A DNA stretch of 63,285 nucleotides, counting the filler. It is 4 parts of 4 records of this genome, joined end to end, with 100 filler letters (N's around TTAATTAATTAA, not from the genome) between each part and the next. Parts side by side here need not be neighbours in the genome. Positions count along the whole stretch, not along the records: positions 34,047 to 55,366 come from SRR31156797_15509; 3 more parts are not named here. One strand, given 5' to 3'. The notes beneath the pieces are model-generated. The model saw nothing but the letters and a program-made list of their open reading frames with translations. It ran no database searches and was not told the origin of the DNA. Both the position numbers and the translations under genes were made by a program. Shown one piece after another: positions 38,962 through 48,923 of this stretch. Within the stretch, counting starts at the first letter, position 1. The number at the start of each line of letters is the position of its first letter.

Positions 38962-40282
38962 TCTAAAAGCTAAAGTTTTTCTTTGGTTTATTGGGAGTAT
39001 TTCACTTACTTTACTTGTTTTTAGTTTTACCCTTTATTATCTTATGGAAGAAAATATAGAGATAAAGATCCATGATAACTTACACTACAAAGCACAAACT
39101 ATCTATGATAGGATACTCAACAATACTTGTAATAAAGAACTTTTATCTACATCTGTGGAAAAAGATCTTTCTGTTGCTATTATAAAAGAAACCTCTATAT
39201 TCAAACAGACAAATAATTTTTTACTCCAAAATATACAAACCTATTTAACAGATACTAAAACATTTTTTATTCACGATAGAAGTGACTACAATACGATCGA
39301 TGCTACTTACATTTTTAAATTTGAGCAACCATATCATGGTGCAATTATTATCCAACATAAGCATTTACAAGATAAAGCAAAAGGGGTAAAAGAGATACTA
39401 CTTATATTAAATCCTATTTTGTTCCTAGTACTTATAGTGATCGGATTAAAGCTTCTAGATAGGATCTTTACTCCAATTAATGAGATCACCCAAGCTGTAC
39501 GAGAAGTAAGCATAGATAACTTTTCACATACCATTAATATAAAACAAAATGAAGAAGAGTTTCAAACCTTTACTCAAACCTTTAATGAGATGGTAAATAG
39601 ACTACAAGATGGTGTAGAAAACCTTGAAAGATTTAATAACGATGTCTCCCATGAACTTCGTACTCCATTAACTGTTATAGATACTCAAATTGAATTGGCA
39701 CTCAAAAAACAAAGAGAGCAAAAATATTATGAAAATAGCTTAAAAAAGATATCTCTTGAATCACATAAAATAAAACAGATCGTCCAAAATATGTTGATCC
39801 TGACAAGATACACAAAGGATAATATTAATGAAACTTTTGTACCCTGTGATCTTAATGCCATTTTATTAGATATGGTTGAAAAATATACTGAAAAAGCAAA
39901 TGAAAAAAATATCTCTATAGAAATTTTACGTTTTGAAAAAGCACAATTCAAAGCAAATCGATCCTTAATAGAGATCCTATTTTCAAATCTACTTGATAAT
40001 GCTATTAAATATAGCAAAAAAAAGAAAAGGATCTTCCTATCACTTTTTACAAATAATAATTCTATCAAATTTATTATTCAAGATGAAGGTATTGGTATCC
40101 CTAAAGAAGCTTTAATGAAAGTATTTGAACGATTTTATAGAGTTGATGACAGTAGAAATAAAACTATTAAAGGGTTTGGACTAGGACTCTCTTTAGTCAA
40201 AAATATCATTGATCTACACAATGGAAAAATAGAAATCTCTTCAAAAGAATCACTTGGAACGAGCATAACTCTCACATTTTAA
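38948..40282 (+). CDS. HAMP sensor histidine kinase
   Basis: SHELRTPL, NLLDNAIKY, DEGIGI, GFGLGL. Confidence 0.94.
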   Translation: MKLTSLKAKVFLWFIGSISLTLLVFSFTLYYLMEENIEIKIHDNLHYKAQTIYDRILNNTCNKELLSTSVEKDLSVAIIKETSIFKQTNNFLLQNIQTYLTDTKTFFIHDRSDYNTIDATYIFKFEQPYHGAIIIQHKHLQDKAKGVKEILLILNPILFLVLIVIGLKLLDRIFTPINEITQAVREVSIDNFSHTINIKQNEEEFQTFTQTFNEMVNRLQDGVENLERFNNDVSHELRTPLTVIDTQIELALKKQREQKYYENSLKKISLESHKIKQIVQNMLILTRYTKDNINETFVPCDLNAILLDMVEKYTEKANEKNISIEILRFEKAQFKANRSLIEILFSNLLDNAIKYSKKKKRIFLSLFTNNNSIKFIIQDEGIGIPKEALMKVFERFYRVDDSRNKTIKGFGLGLSLVKNIIDLHNGKIEISSKESLGTSITLTF

Positions 40283-40337
40283 TTTTTAATTAATTTTGCC
40301 CCTTTAGAATCTTCAAATTTTTTAAAAAGGAAGATAT

Positions 40338-41111
40338 ATGATAAATAAAAAACTACTTACTTTAGGACTAAGTGCAATCGTTGCAACACTGCTTACTACT
40401 GGATGTGCTCATCAAGAGGCAAGTCATGGTGGACATAAAGCTCACTGGGGATATACAGGTGACACTGGTCCTGCTCACTGGGGAGACTTATCTGAAGCAT
40501 ACCATATGTGTAAAACAGGAAAGCAACAATCACCAATCAATATAGATAATACGATGAAAGGAAGTTTAGATAAACTTGCTATCAACTACCATACTGATGC
40601 AAAAAACATTATCAACAATGGTCATACAGTACAAGTAAATATTGATGGTGGATCAACACTGACACTTGATGGAACAGCGTATAGTCTCAAACAATTCCAT
40701 TTCCATACACCAAGTGAAAATAATATCAGAGGAAATGAGTTTGCTTTAGAAGCTCACTTTGTTCATGCAACTGCTGATGGACACCTTGCAGTTATCGGTG
40801 TAATGTTTAATGAAGGGGCTGAGAATAAAGAGTTAGCAAAAATCTGGTCACAACTTCCAGCTCATGAGGGAAAAGCAGAGGCGATTACATTTAAAGCAAG
40901 TGATATCAACCAATTACTTCCAAATGATCAAGCATACTACCACTTTATGGGATCTTTAACCACTCCACCATGTTCTGAAAATGTAAAATGGTATGTTATG
41001 AAAAAACCTTTAACTATCTCAAAAGCTCAAAAAGAGACATTCTTTAAAATTTTTGGTCACTCAAATAATAGACCACTACAACCAATAAATGGAAGAACTA
41101 TCCAAGAATAG
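40338..41111 (+). CDS. cah: Alpha-carbonic anhydrase (exported, probable lipoprotein)
   Basis: Lipobox-like LTTGC, HWGY, QSPINI, NNGHT, QFHFH, EAHFVH, GSLTTPPCSE. Confidence 0.95.
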   Translation: MINKKLLTLGLSAIVATLLTTGCAHQEASHGGHKAHWGYTGDTGPAHWGDLSEAYHMCKTGKQQSPINIDNTMKGSLDKLAINYHTDAKNIINNGHTVQVNIDGGSTLTLDGTAYSLKQFHFHTPSENNIRGNEFALEAHFVHATADGHLAVIGVMFNEGAENKELAKIWSQLPAHEGKAEAITFKASDINQLLPNDQAYYHFMGSLTTPPCSENVKWYVMKKPLTISKAQKETFFKIFGHSNNRPLQPINGRTIQE

Positions 41112-41123
41112 TTTTTCATCTTA

Positions 41124-41163
41124 TTAATCTTTACTCCAAAATAAAAACTGGAGTGAAGATTAA
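41124..41163 (+). terminator. Long hairpin after carbonic anhydrase gene
   Basis: TTAATCTTTACTCCA-N10-TGGAGTGAAGATTAA followed by a T-rich tract. Confidence 0.65.
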
Positions 41164-41191
41164 AGCTCTTTTTAATAAACCACTTTAAAAC

Positions 41192-41207
41192 TGGTACATT
41201 AATTGCA
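41192..41207 (+). promoter_or_regulatory. Sigma54-type -24/-12 promoter candidate
   Basis: TGGTAC-ATTAA-TTGCA with exact GG-N10-GC spacing, about 45 bp before the AAA gene. Confidence 0.5.
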
Positions 41208-41250
41208 TAAAGCCTTATAATTTTTCAATATATATAATTAAAGGCAAAGA

Positions 41251-42252
41251 ATGAATCCAAGTAAAGCAAAAAGATCGATAGATCATCTCACAAATAGAAA
41301 AGTACCAGTATTTTTATGGGGACCTCCAGGGATTGGAAAATCTTCAGTCGTTTCTCAAATTGCACGTGATAGAAATATTGGGTTTATTGATCTACGTCTT
41401 TCACTTCTTGATCCAACTGATCTTCGAGGAATCCCATTTTTTAATAGTGAAGATAATAGTGCAGTATGGGCTCCTGCTTCATTTTTACCTGATGGAAGTG
41501 TAAAAGAGGGGATTTTATTTTTAGATGAGCTTAATACTGCAGCTCCTATGGTACAAGCAAGTGCTTATCAGCTGATCCTTGATAGAAAGATAGGTGAATA
41601 TACTTTGCCTGATGGTTGGTCTATCGTAGCAGCTGGAAATAGAGAAAGTGATAGAGGAGTTGTCTTTAGAATGGCATCTCCACTTGCCAATAGATTCGTT
41701 CACCTTGATATGGAAAGTGATCTTGAAGATTGGAAAGCATGGGCAAAAAACTCTGGGATCGATCAAAACATCATCGCTTTTGTATCTTATAGACCTGATT
41801 CACTATTTGCATTTAATACAAATAGCGATTCAAAAGCGTTTGCTACGCCAAGGACTTGGGAATATGTAAATGAGATCTTAAACTCTACTCCTGAAGAGGA
41901 CTTACTTTTTGATATGATCAAAGGAGCTATAGGAGAAGAGCTTGCTGCATCATTTTTAGGATTTAAAAGTGTGGCTAAATCACTTCCAGATATCGAGGGT
42001 ATTTTAGATGGAACAGTGGAAGAGGTACCAGAAGAGACTTCCGCTTTACATATCCTCTCAACTGCACTTTCTATGAGAATAAATGATGAAACAAGAGCCG
42101 CTGAGCTTGATAATCTTTTAAAATATACATTGAAACTCCCTGGAGAATTTGCGGTAATGATCGTGGAAGATATCAGAGGAAGAAATATCGAAGTAGATTA
42201 TGTAAAAAGCTGGCCACTTTGGATGAGAAACTTTAATCAGCTATTACACTAA
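41251..42252 (+). CDS. MoxR/dynein-related AAA+ ATPase
   Basis: GPPGIGKS, DPTDLRGIP, LFLDELN, AAGNR, LANRF, TPRTW. Confidence 0.92.
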   Translation: MNPSKAKRSIDHLTNRKVPVFLWGPPGIGKSSVVSQIARDRNIGFIDLRLSLLDPTDLRGIPFFNSEDNSAVWAPASFLPDGSVKEGILFLDELNTAAPMVQASAYQLILDRKIGEYTLPDGWSIVAAGNRESDRGVVFRMASPLANRFVHLDMESDLEDWKAWAKNSGIDQNIIAFVSYRPDSLFAFNTNSDSKAFATPRTWEYVNEILNSTPEEDLLFDMIKGAIGEELAASFLGFKSVAKSLPDIEGILDGTVEEVPEETSALHILSTALSMRINDETRAAELDNLLKYTLKLPGEFAVMIVEDIRGRNIEVDYVKSWPLWMRNFNQLLH

Positions 42253-42264
42253 GATCGGTTTTCA

Positions 42265-43410
42265 ATGGATTCACAACTAAAGCTTACTAAAGCAAAAAGC
42301 CAACTTAGCCGTAAATATCCCTATTTTGGGATGATCGCTTCAAAACTCAAACATGAGCCAAATGAGAATCTTACCTCTTTTGCTAGTAATGGAGTACGAT
42401 TTTTATATAATCCTACTTTTATAGAAGAGTGTTCTATGGAAGAACTATACTTTATCTTAAGTAACTGTGCTATGCACCATATCCTTTCACACTCTCAAAG
42501 AAAGCTAAACCGTGAAGGTCCACTTTGGCAACTTGCTACGGACTTTGCGATAAACTCAATGCTCAAAAAAAATAAATTTAAACTTCCTAAAAATGTAAAC
42601 TTTAACAATGAGTTTAGAAATATGTACTCAGAAGAGATCTATGAGATACTAAAAAAACAACTTGTGGAAACACAGGGTGATAGCTCATTTAATGATAATT
42701 GGGATGATGCTAAAAACCTAGAAAGCTTTATCAAAGATAATGGCGGAAATAGCAAGCTTTTTAAAAACATCGAAAAGATGGATAAAAAAGTAAGTGAAGA
42801 TTGGGACTATACAAGAGAGTTAGCAAAAGAAGTTGGAAATAAAAAAAGCTCTACTCCACTTGGACTAGAAAGATTTGCTAAAAAAATGAAGTCTAATAAT
42901 ATCGACTGGAGATTTGAGCTTTACAATGCTATCAACAGACATATGAGAAATAACTACGCCTTTATGCCACCAAATAAAAAGCATATCTATAGAGGTGTTG
43001 CACTGCCATCTCTTACAAGTGACACTCTTAGCCTAATCGTAGCTATTGATACCTCAGGATCAATCAAAGAGGATATCTTAGGTGGATTTATCGCTGAGTT
43101 TCAATCAATTATGCAAAACTTCCCAGCTGTATCAATCGAGCTTTTAATAGCCGATGCAAAAGTACACTCTCACCATAGCTTTATAGGTGGAGATAAAATA
43201 GACTTTGCTCTTAAAGGTGGAGGGGGAACTGACTATCGCCCTACTTTTGAATATGTAGATGCAAACTTACCTAATAGTACGATGCTTTTATATTTTACAG
43301 ATGGCGAAGGGATCTTTCCAAGAATCCCACCAGCGTATGAAGTGCTATGGGCTTTATCTCAGAAGAAAAATAAAATACCATTTGGAAGGTCAATTCAAAT
43401 CTTTGACTAA
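42265..43410 (+). CDS. DUF2201-type metallopeptidase-like plus vWA domain protein
   Basis: N-terminal ...NCAMHHILSH...W.LATDFAIN; C-terminal vWA IDTSGS, GGGGTDYRP, YFTDG. Confidence 0.88.
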   Translation: MDSQLKLTKAKSQLSRKYPYFGMIASKLKHEPNENLTSFASNGVRFLYNPTFIEECSMEELYFILSNCAMHHILSHSQRKLNREGPLWQLATDFAINSMLKKNKFKLPKNVNFNNEFRNMYSEEIYEILKKQLVETQGDSSFNDNWDDAKNLESFIKDNGGNSKLFKNIEKMDKKVSEDWDYTRELAKEVGNKKSSTPLGLERFAKKMKSNNIDWRFELYNAINRHMRNNYAFMPPNKKHIYRGVALPSLTSDTLSLIVAIDTSGSIKEDILGGFIAEFQSIMQNFPAVSIELLIADAKVHSHHSFIGGDKIDFALKGGGGTDYRPTFEYVDANLPNSTMLLYFTDGEGIFPRIPPAYEVLWALSQKKNKIPFGRSIQIFD

Positions 43411-43469
43411 AAGAGTTTTAACATAAAATATGCCACAATAAGTATAAAAAAATTGTAAAGGCTATACCT

Positions 43470-46139
43470 ATGACTAAAGTCAATTTTTATCAAAGATTTA
43501 TACTTTATTTTATTTTTTTTGGAATTATTATTTCCATTGTAAGTAGTGTGATTAATTACTTTTATCACCACAACTTGCAAGAAGATATTTTAAAAAAGCA
43601 AGCGCAAGAGATATATACAATTAATATACAAAACAATCTTCAGCCCACTTTACATAATCTTGAAAATACTTTACTCAATCTCTCTCATGAAGAACTGCTT
43701 AAAAAATATATTACAACAAAAGATGAAAGAATCAAACAAAAACTTCAATTGATGTTTTTAGCCACAGCCAATGCAAACAATAACCTTATGCAAGTACGAT
43801 ACATCTCTAAAAAAGGTCATGAAGTAATACGTATAGATAGAGATACTACTACTCAAAAAACATATATTATTCCTGATAATAAGTTACAAGATAAATCTAA
43901 TAGATATTATTTTATTGAAAGTTCTCAACTACAAAACAATAGAATCTGGTATTCACAACTTGATCTCAATATTGAAAATGGCAAAATAGAAGTTCCTTAT
44001 AAACCAACTTTGAGAATAGCAACTCCTCTTTTTATCCATACAAAATTTGAAGGGATTATTATTCTTAATCTTCAGGCAAGTGAACTTTTACAAAGTATCT
44101 CTTCCTCAAATGTTTTTGATCATTATATTTTAGATAATGAAAACAACTATATAATCCATCCAAATGACACCTACTCATTTAATAAATATACAAGTATTCA
44201 AAGAGATATATCTAATGATTTTCCAAATGGTATCAATGATCCTTTTATTTTTCAATATCCATTAAAAAATATACTGCATAATAAAGACCATGCACTCTTT
44301 ATTTTAAAACCCAAAGAGCAATATATCAAAAAACACACTTTAGCAGGAATAGAAATAGGGATCTATACACTTATTATCAATATCTTGTTAAGTACGTTTA
44401 TCGCCTTTATTTTAGCAAAAAGACCTACTCAACTTCAAGCAAATCTTCTAGAAGTCAATAAAAAACTCTCAAAAACTAATCAGCACTTACAAGAGGAGAA
44501 ACTTTTTAGAGAATCCATTTTGAATAATTCTGCCCATGCTATTATTGCAACAGATATAAATGGAACAATAACCCTTTTTAATAAACAGGCACAAAAACTT
44601 CTTGGATACACTGAAGAGGAGCTAATAGGGAAAGAGACTCCAGCTATTTTTCATAAAGAATCTGAAATGGCTCAAAGAGCAAAAGAGTATGAAAAAGAAT
44701 TAGGGAAAAAGATAGATCCTATATTTAAAGTATTTACCATCAAATCTGATCTAGGACTAGATAATGACAATGAATGGATCTATATCAGTAAATATGGCCT
44801 AGAGTTTTATGTCTCACTCCACATGACTGCTTTAAAAGATATAGATGGAAATATACAAGGATATATGGGAATAGCTGAAGATATTACCCACAAAAAATAT
44901 TTATCAAAACAGCTAGAGGAGCAAAGAGTAGAGCTTGAAACCATTGTAAATACAACAAAAGATGGTATTGCTATTCTTGATCTAGCAACAAACTTTTTAT
45001 ATTTTAATGATTCTTATTTACAGATGACTGGATTTACACAAGAGGAGTTATTTGAAAAAAGCTGTGCAGCTCTTAGTGCTCCTGAGGATGTAGAGAAAGC
45101 TAAAAAAGTTGTTCAAGAAGTGATAGAAAAAGGATATGTGGATAACTTTGAAAAAACATGTATCGTAAACAATGGGGAAAGAGTCAATATAAATATGTCT
45201 TTAGCTTTAATGCCTGATCAACAAAGAATATTGATCGCTACAAAAGATATAACGCAAAATAAAAGAAAAGAGAGACAACTTCGAAACTATATGAAGCTAG
45301 TGGATCAAAATATTATCACCTCTTCAACTAATCTCAAAGGACATATTACTTATGTTTCAGAGGCATTTTGTAAAATAAGTGGGTATTCAAAAGAGGAGCT
45401 TATCAATAAAAGTCATAGTATAGTCAAACACCCTGATATGAATGAAACAATATATCAGAATCTTTGGAAAGCCTTAAACAACGATGAAGTATGGGTAGGT
45501 GAAATAAAAAATAAGAAAAAAGATGGTGGATATTATTGGGTCAAAGCTACTATCTCTCCAACTTTTGATGAGACAGGTAAAAAGAATGGTTACACAGCTA
45601 TAAGACAAGATATTACTGATAAAAAGATCATTGAAGAGATATCTATAACTGATGGATTGACCAATATTTACAATAGACGACACTTTAATGAACTCTTTCC
45701 AAAGATCATCAATAGTGCTAAAAGAGACAATGAACTGGTATCATTTTTAATTATGGATATTGATCACTTTAAACAATACAATGACACCTATGGACATCAA
45801 ATGGGAGATGAAGTACTTATCCAAGTTGCACGTGCTATTAAAAACTCTTTACATAGAGCAGATGATCACTGCTTTAGACTAGGAGGTGAAGAGTTTGGTG
45901 TGATCTTTAAAGCTGATACAAAAGAGAAAGCTGAACAGTTTGCCAATACTATTCGACAAAATATTGAAAACCTTCACATAGAACACTCTAAAAATAGTGC
46001 AAGTCCTTATATTACAGCATCTATGGGGCTTATTTGTAAAAATGCTAATGAGATTGGAAGTGATGAGGAAGTCTATAAACAAGGGGATGAACTGCTCTAT
46101 ATTGCAAAAGAGAGCGGTAGAAACCGAGTAGCTTTTTAA
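43470..46139 (+). CDS. Cache-PAS-PAS-PAS diguanylate cyclase
   Basis: Periplasmic Cache-like domain (LQDKSNRYYF, DLNIENGKIEVPYKPTLR), three PAS/PAC domains, RLGGEEF with RADD I-site. Confidence 0.92.
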   Translation: MTKVNFYQRFILYFIFFGIIISIVSSVINYFYHHNLQEDILKKQAQEIYTINIQNNLQPTLHNLENTLLNLSHEELLKKYITTKDERIKQKLQLMFLATANANNNLMQVRYISKKGHEVIRIDRDTTTQKTYIIPDNKLQDKSNRYYFIESSQLQNNRIWYSQLDLNIENGKIEVPYKPTLRIATPLFIHTKFEGIIILNLQASELLQSISSSNVFDHYILDNENNYIIHPNDTYSFNKYTSIQRDISNDFPNGINDPFIFQYPLKNILHNKDHALFILKPKEQYIKKHTLAGIEIGIYTLIINILLSTFIAFILAKRPTQLQANLLEVNKKLSKTNQHLQEEKLFRESILNNSAHAIIATDINGTITLFNKQAQKLLGYTEEELIGKETPAIFHKESEMAQRAKEYEKELGKKIDPIFKVFTIKSDLGLDNDNEWIYISKYGLEFYVSLHMTALKDIDGNIQGYMGIAEDITHKKYLSKQLEEQRVELETIVNTTKDGIAILDLATNFLYFNDSYLQMTGFTQEELFEKSCAALSAPEDVEKAKKVVQEVIEKGYVDNFEKTCIVNNGERVNINMSLALMPDQQRILIATKDITQNKRKERQLRNYMKLVDQNIITSSTNLKGHITYVSEAFCKISGYSKEELINKSHSIVKHPDMNETIYQNLWKALNNDEVWVGEIKNKKKDGGYYWVKATISPTFDETGKKNGYTAIRQDITDKKIIEEISITDGLTNIYNRRHFNELFPKIINSAKRDNELVSFLIMDIDHFKQYNDTYGHQMGDEVLIQVARAIKNSLHRADDHCFRLGGEEFGVIFKADTKEKAEQFANTIRQNIENLHIEHSKNSASPYITASMGLICKNANEIGSDEEVYKQGDELLYIAKESGRNRVAF

Positions 46140-46201
46140 AATAGTGTTAGAATAAGAGAGTTTTTGTTAAAATTAAATAGATTTAACAAAAGGGTATTTT
46201 G

Positions 46202-46378
46202 ATGTGTGCAATTGAATACTATACTTATGATGACTATAAAAACTGGGAAGGTGATTGGGAGCTGATCGATGGAAAATATGATAAACAAGGGGATTTTTCT
46301 AAAGAGTCTTATGAGTTTAAAGATATTGAGTGTGAAGTAACTATTGATTTTGATCATGCATTTAAAAGATATAGATAA
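46202..46378 (+). pseudogene. Uma2 (DUF820) endonuclease mini-gene with the catalytic core deleted in frame
   Basis: MCAIEYYTYDDYKNWEGDWELIDG|KYDKQGDFSKESYEFKDIECEVTIDFDHAFKRYR*. A Uma2-type N-terminus is joined directly to a Uma2-like C-terminus. Confidence 0.75.
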
Positions 46379-46413
46379 GATCTTTGCTTTCCTATTAAAA
46401 TTAGAATACATTT

Positions 46414-47220
46414 ATGCAAAACTCTTACAATTCAAACTTTTGTGAAATAAAACACCTTAGCAAATATGATGCAGTTCTTTGTACTTGGAAACAATTTTGC
46501 CAAGATAAAGAGTATCAAGAGCCCCTACTTTTTGGACTTGAACTTTTAAAACAAACCAACTGCTCCACTTGGATCACAGATACTACTAATGGCTTTGAAA
46601 ATGAAGAGTCAGATACAAAATGGCTTTTAGAAGTGTTTCTTCCTCAAACTATTGAGAGTAGTTGTAAACACCTTATTTTTATTATGAAAAAAAATAGTCC
46701 TTTACAAAATGAGATAGAAACTCAAGCCAAAGCTTTAAGCCAATATTTTAAAGTCTCAATTATTGATGAACTTCAAAATCTTGATCAAATAAACTCCACA
46801 CTTATAGAGCAAAAAGTCAAAATCTACTATTGGCAAGATGACATTAATTGTGCAACCACTATGATAAAAGTTTTAGCAGAGATTTTTAATATAGAGATTC
46901 ATCCTCAAGTGATAGAGTCTGCTATAGGGATGCATGGAGCAGGAGAATATGGTGCACAGTGTGGTTTAGTAGAGGGGCTTTTGATGTTTTTAGGGATCTT
47001 TGCAAGAGAAAAAGGTCTAAAAGAAGTAGATATAATACAACTTTGTAAGAAGTTTGCAACACAATTTGAGCTAAGATATACCAGCCTTTTATGTAAAGAT
47101 CTTCGACCTGAGGGCTTTAAGGAGGAAAATCCTCCTCACCTATGTGAAGGGTTCACAGTAAATGCTATAGAGTTTTCAAAGGAGTTTATAGAAAATGAAA
47201 TTATTAACAGCATTAAGTAG
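46414..47220 (+). CDS. Fusion of an unknown (SpoIIAA/STAS-like?) domain with a C-GCAxxG-C-C redox-active domain
   Basis: C-terminal NCAT...GMHGAGEYGAQCGLVEG...LLCKDL...HLC. Confidence 0.8.
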   Translation: MQNSYNSNFCEIKHLSKYDAVLCTWKQFCQDKEYQEPLLFGLELLKQTNCSTWITDTTNGFENEESDTKWLLEVFLPQTIESSCKHLIFIMKKNSPLQNEIETQAKALSQYFKVSIIDELQNLDQINSTLIEQKVKIYYWQDDINCATTMIKVLAEIFNIEIHPQVIESAIGMHGAGEYGAQCGLVEGLLMFLGIFAREKGLKEVDIIQLCKKFATQFELRYTSLLCKDLRPEGFKEENPPHLCEGFTVNAIEFSKEFIENEIINSIK

Positions 47221-47668
47221 CCAAATAGAATCTCTTACAAATGAATTTATAGAAGAACTTCAAACAATAGATACAAATATCATTACAACAAAACAAAATA
47301 GACAAAATAGAACTATAAAACAGATTGTTGGACATATGATTGATTCAGCTTCAAATAATACCCATAGAGTGATCCATCTACAATATCAACCAACTCCACT
47401 GAACTTTCCAGATTATGCAAATCTAGGAGTGAATGATACATGGATAGCACTACAAAACTACAATGATTATGATTGGCAAACTCTTATTGAGCTCTTTAAA
47501 TACACTAATCTTCATATTGCTCATGTGATAAAAAATATTGATCCATCAAAACTTCAAAATACTTGGATCACAGCATTAGGTGATAGTGTAACTTTAGAAG
47601 AGATGATCGTAGATTATCCGCTTCATTTTAAGCTGCATGTAGATGAAATAAAAGAACTTCAAGGATAA
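47195..47668 (+). CDS. DinB family protein
   Basis: TIKQIVGHMIDSASNN; DYPLHFKLH. Confidence 0.88.
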   Translation: MKLLTALSSQIESLTNEFIEELQTIDTNIITTKQNRQNRTIKQIVGHMIDSASNNTHRVIHLQYQPTPLNFPDYANLGVNDTWIALQNYNDYDWQTLIELFKYTNLHIAHVIKNIDPSKLQNTWITALGDSVTLEEMIVDYPLHFKLHVDEIKELQG

Positions 47669-47670
47669 TC

Positions 47671-48114
47671 ATGAGATTTGCCCATACAAATATAGCTGCA
47701 AGAGATTGGGAGAGTTTAGCACAGTTTTATATAGATGTCTTTGAGTGTAAAATCAAACCTCCAAAACGTGATCTAAAAGGGGAATGGCTTGATCTTGCCA
47801 CAGGACTTAAAGATGCTAGACAAATGGGTGTACATCTTCTTTTACCAGGGCATGGGGAAAATCCTCCTACATTGGAAATATTTAGCTATGAAGAGGTTGT
47901 AGATCATGACCCTATTATGGCTAACTTTATTGGCTTTACCCATATCGCTTTTGAGGTTGAAGATGTGGATGCTATTTTAGAAAAAGCATTACTACATGGT
48001 GCATCTACACTTGGTAAAGTGATTGAAAAAGAGGTTGAGGGTGTAGGGATGTTAAAATTTACCTATTTTCGTGACCCTGAGGGAAATATTATCGAGATAC
48101 AATCTTGGAGCTAG
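47671..48114 (+). CDS. VOC/glyoxalase family protein
   Basis: HTNI..FY, LEIF, HIAFEV, RDPEGNIIE. Confidence 0.92.
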   Translation: MRFAHTNIAARDWESLAQFYIDVFECKIKPPKRDLKGEWLDLATGLKDARQMGVHLLLPGHGENPPTLEIFSYEEVVDHDPIMANFIGFTHIAFEVEDVDAILEKALLHGASTLGKVIEKEVEGVGMLKFTYFRDPEGNIIEIQSWS

Positions 48115-48188
48115 ATAAGTAATCAAGTTGTAATAAAAGTATTATAAAATCTCAATTTACAATATTTCGTAGTGAGGTTGCTTTTCTA

Positions 48189-48923
48189 ATGGTTGAATAT
48201 GATGAACTTTATAATTTAACTAAAGATCTAAAAGTTTTATATATTGAAGATGATATGAGTTTCCAAAAAGAAACCTCTGAACTATTTAACTATTTTTTCA
48301 ACTCCATTGATCTTGCAAGTAACGGCGAGGATGGATTGGAAAAATATCTATCTTATTATGAACAAACTACAAAGTTTTATGATATTGTTATTACCGATAT
48401 CAATATGCCACAAATCAATGGAATAGAGCTTTCAAAGCAGATCTATACATATAATAACTTACAACCTATTTTAGTAATATCTGCCCATGATGAAAAACAC
48501 TATTTAATAGAACTTATAAATATAGGTGTTGAATCATTTTTAATGAAACCTATCCAATATGAAAAAGTGATGGAAGTGTTTTACAGTGTCTCAGAGAAGA
48601 TCATAACATCTCCACTAGAAATGATTGACCCAGATATTATATACCTTGATGATCAGTTTCAATGGAATAAAAATACAAATACTCTTTTTCACAAAGAAAC
48701 CCCTATAAAACTTACAAAAAATGAAATTTTATTGATGCAAACCTTTATAAAAAACCATCAAGCTGTCACAACAAATGAGATCATCTTTCATACTTTATGG
48801 GATAATGACCCAGAGTATGCATCTATTAGTAATCTACAACCGATCATATCAAGATTAAGAAAAAAATTACCCGAAAATATCCTTCAAAATGTTTATGGTC
48901 TTGGGTATAAGTTAGTTTTTTAA
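48189..48923 (+). CDS. OmpR-family response regulator
   Basis: YIEDD, TDINMP, ISAH, KP, winged helix ISRLRKK...GLGY. Confidence 0.92.
   Translation: MVEYDELYNLTKDLKVLYIEDDMSFQKETSELFNYFFNSIDLASNGEDGLEKYLSYYEQTTKFYDIVITDINMPQINGIELSKQIYTYNNLQPILVISAHDEKHYLIELINIGVESFLMKPIQYEKVMEVFYSVSEKIITSPLEMIDPDIIYLDDQFQWNKNTNTLFHKETPIKLTKNEILLMQTFIKNHQAVTTNEIIFHTLWDNDPEYASISNLQPIISRLRKKLPENILQNVYGLGYKLVF

Noticed and set aside
46136..46411. 91-aa minus-strand ORF from the track
   Set aside because: Shadow of the + strand Uma2 remnant; no RBS or family features
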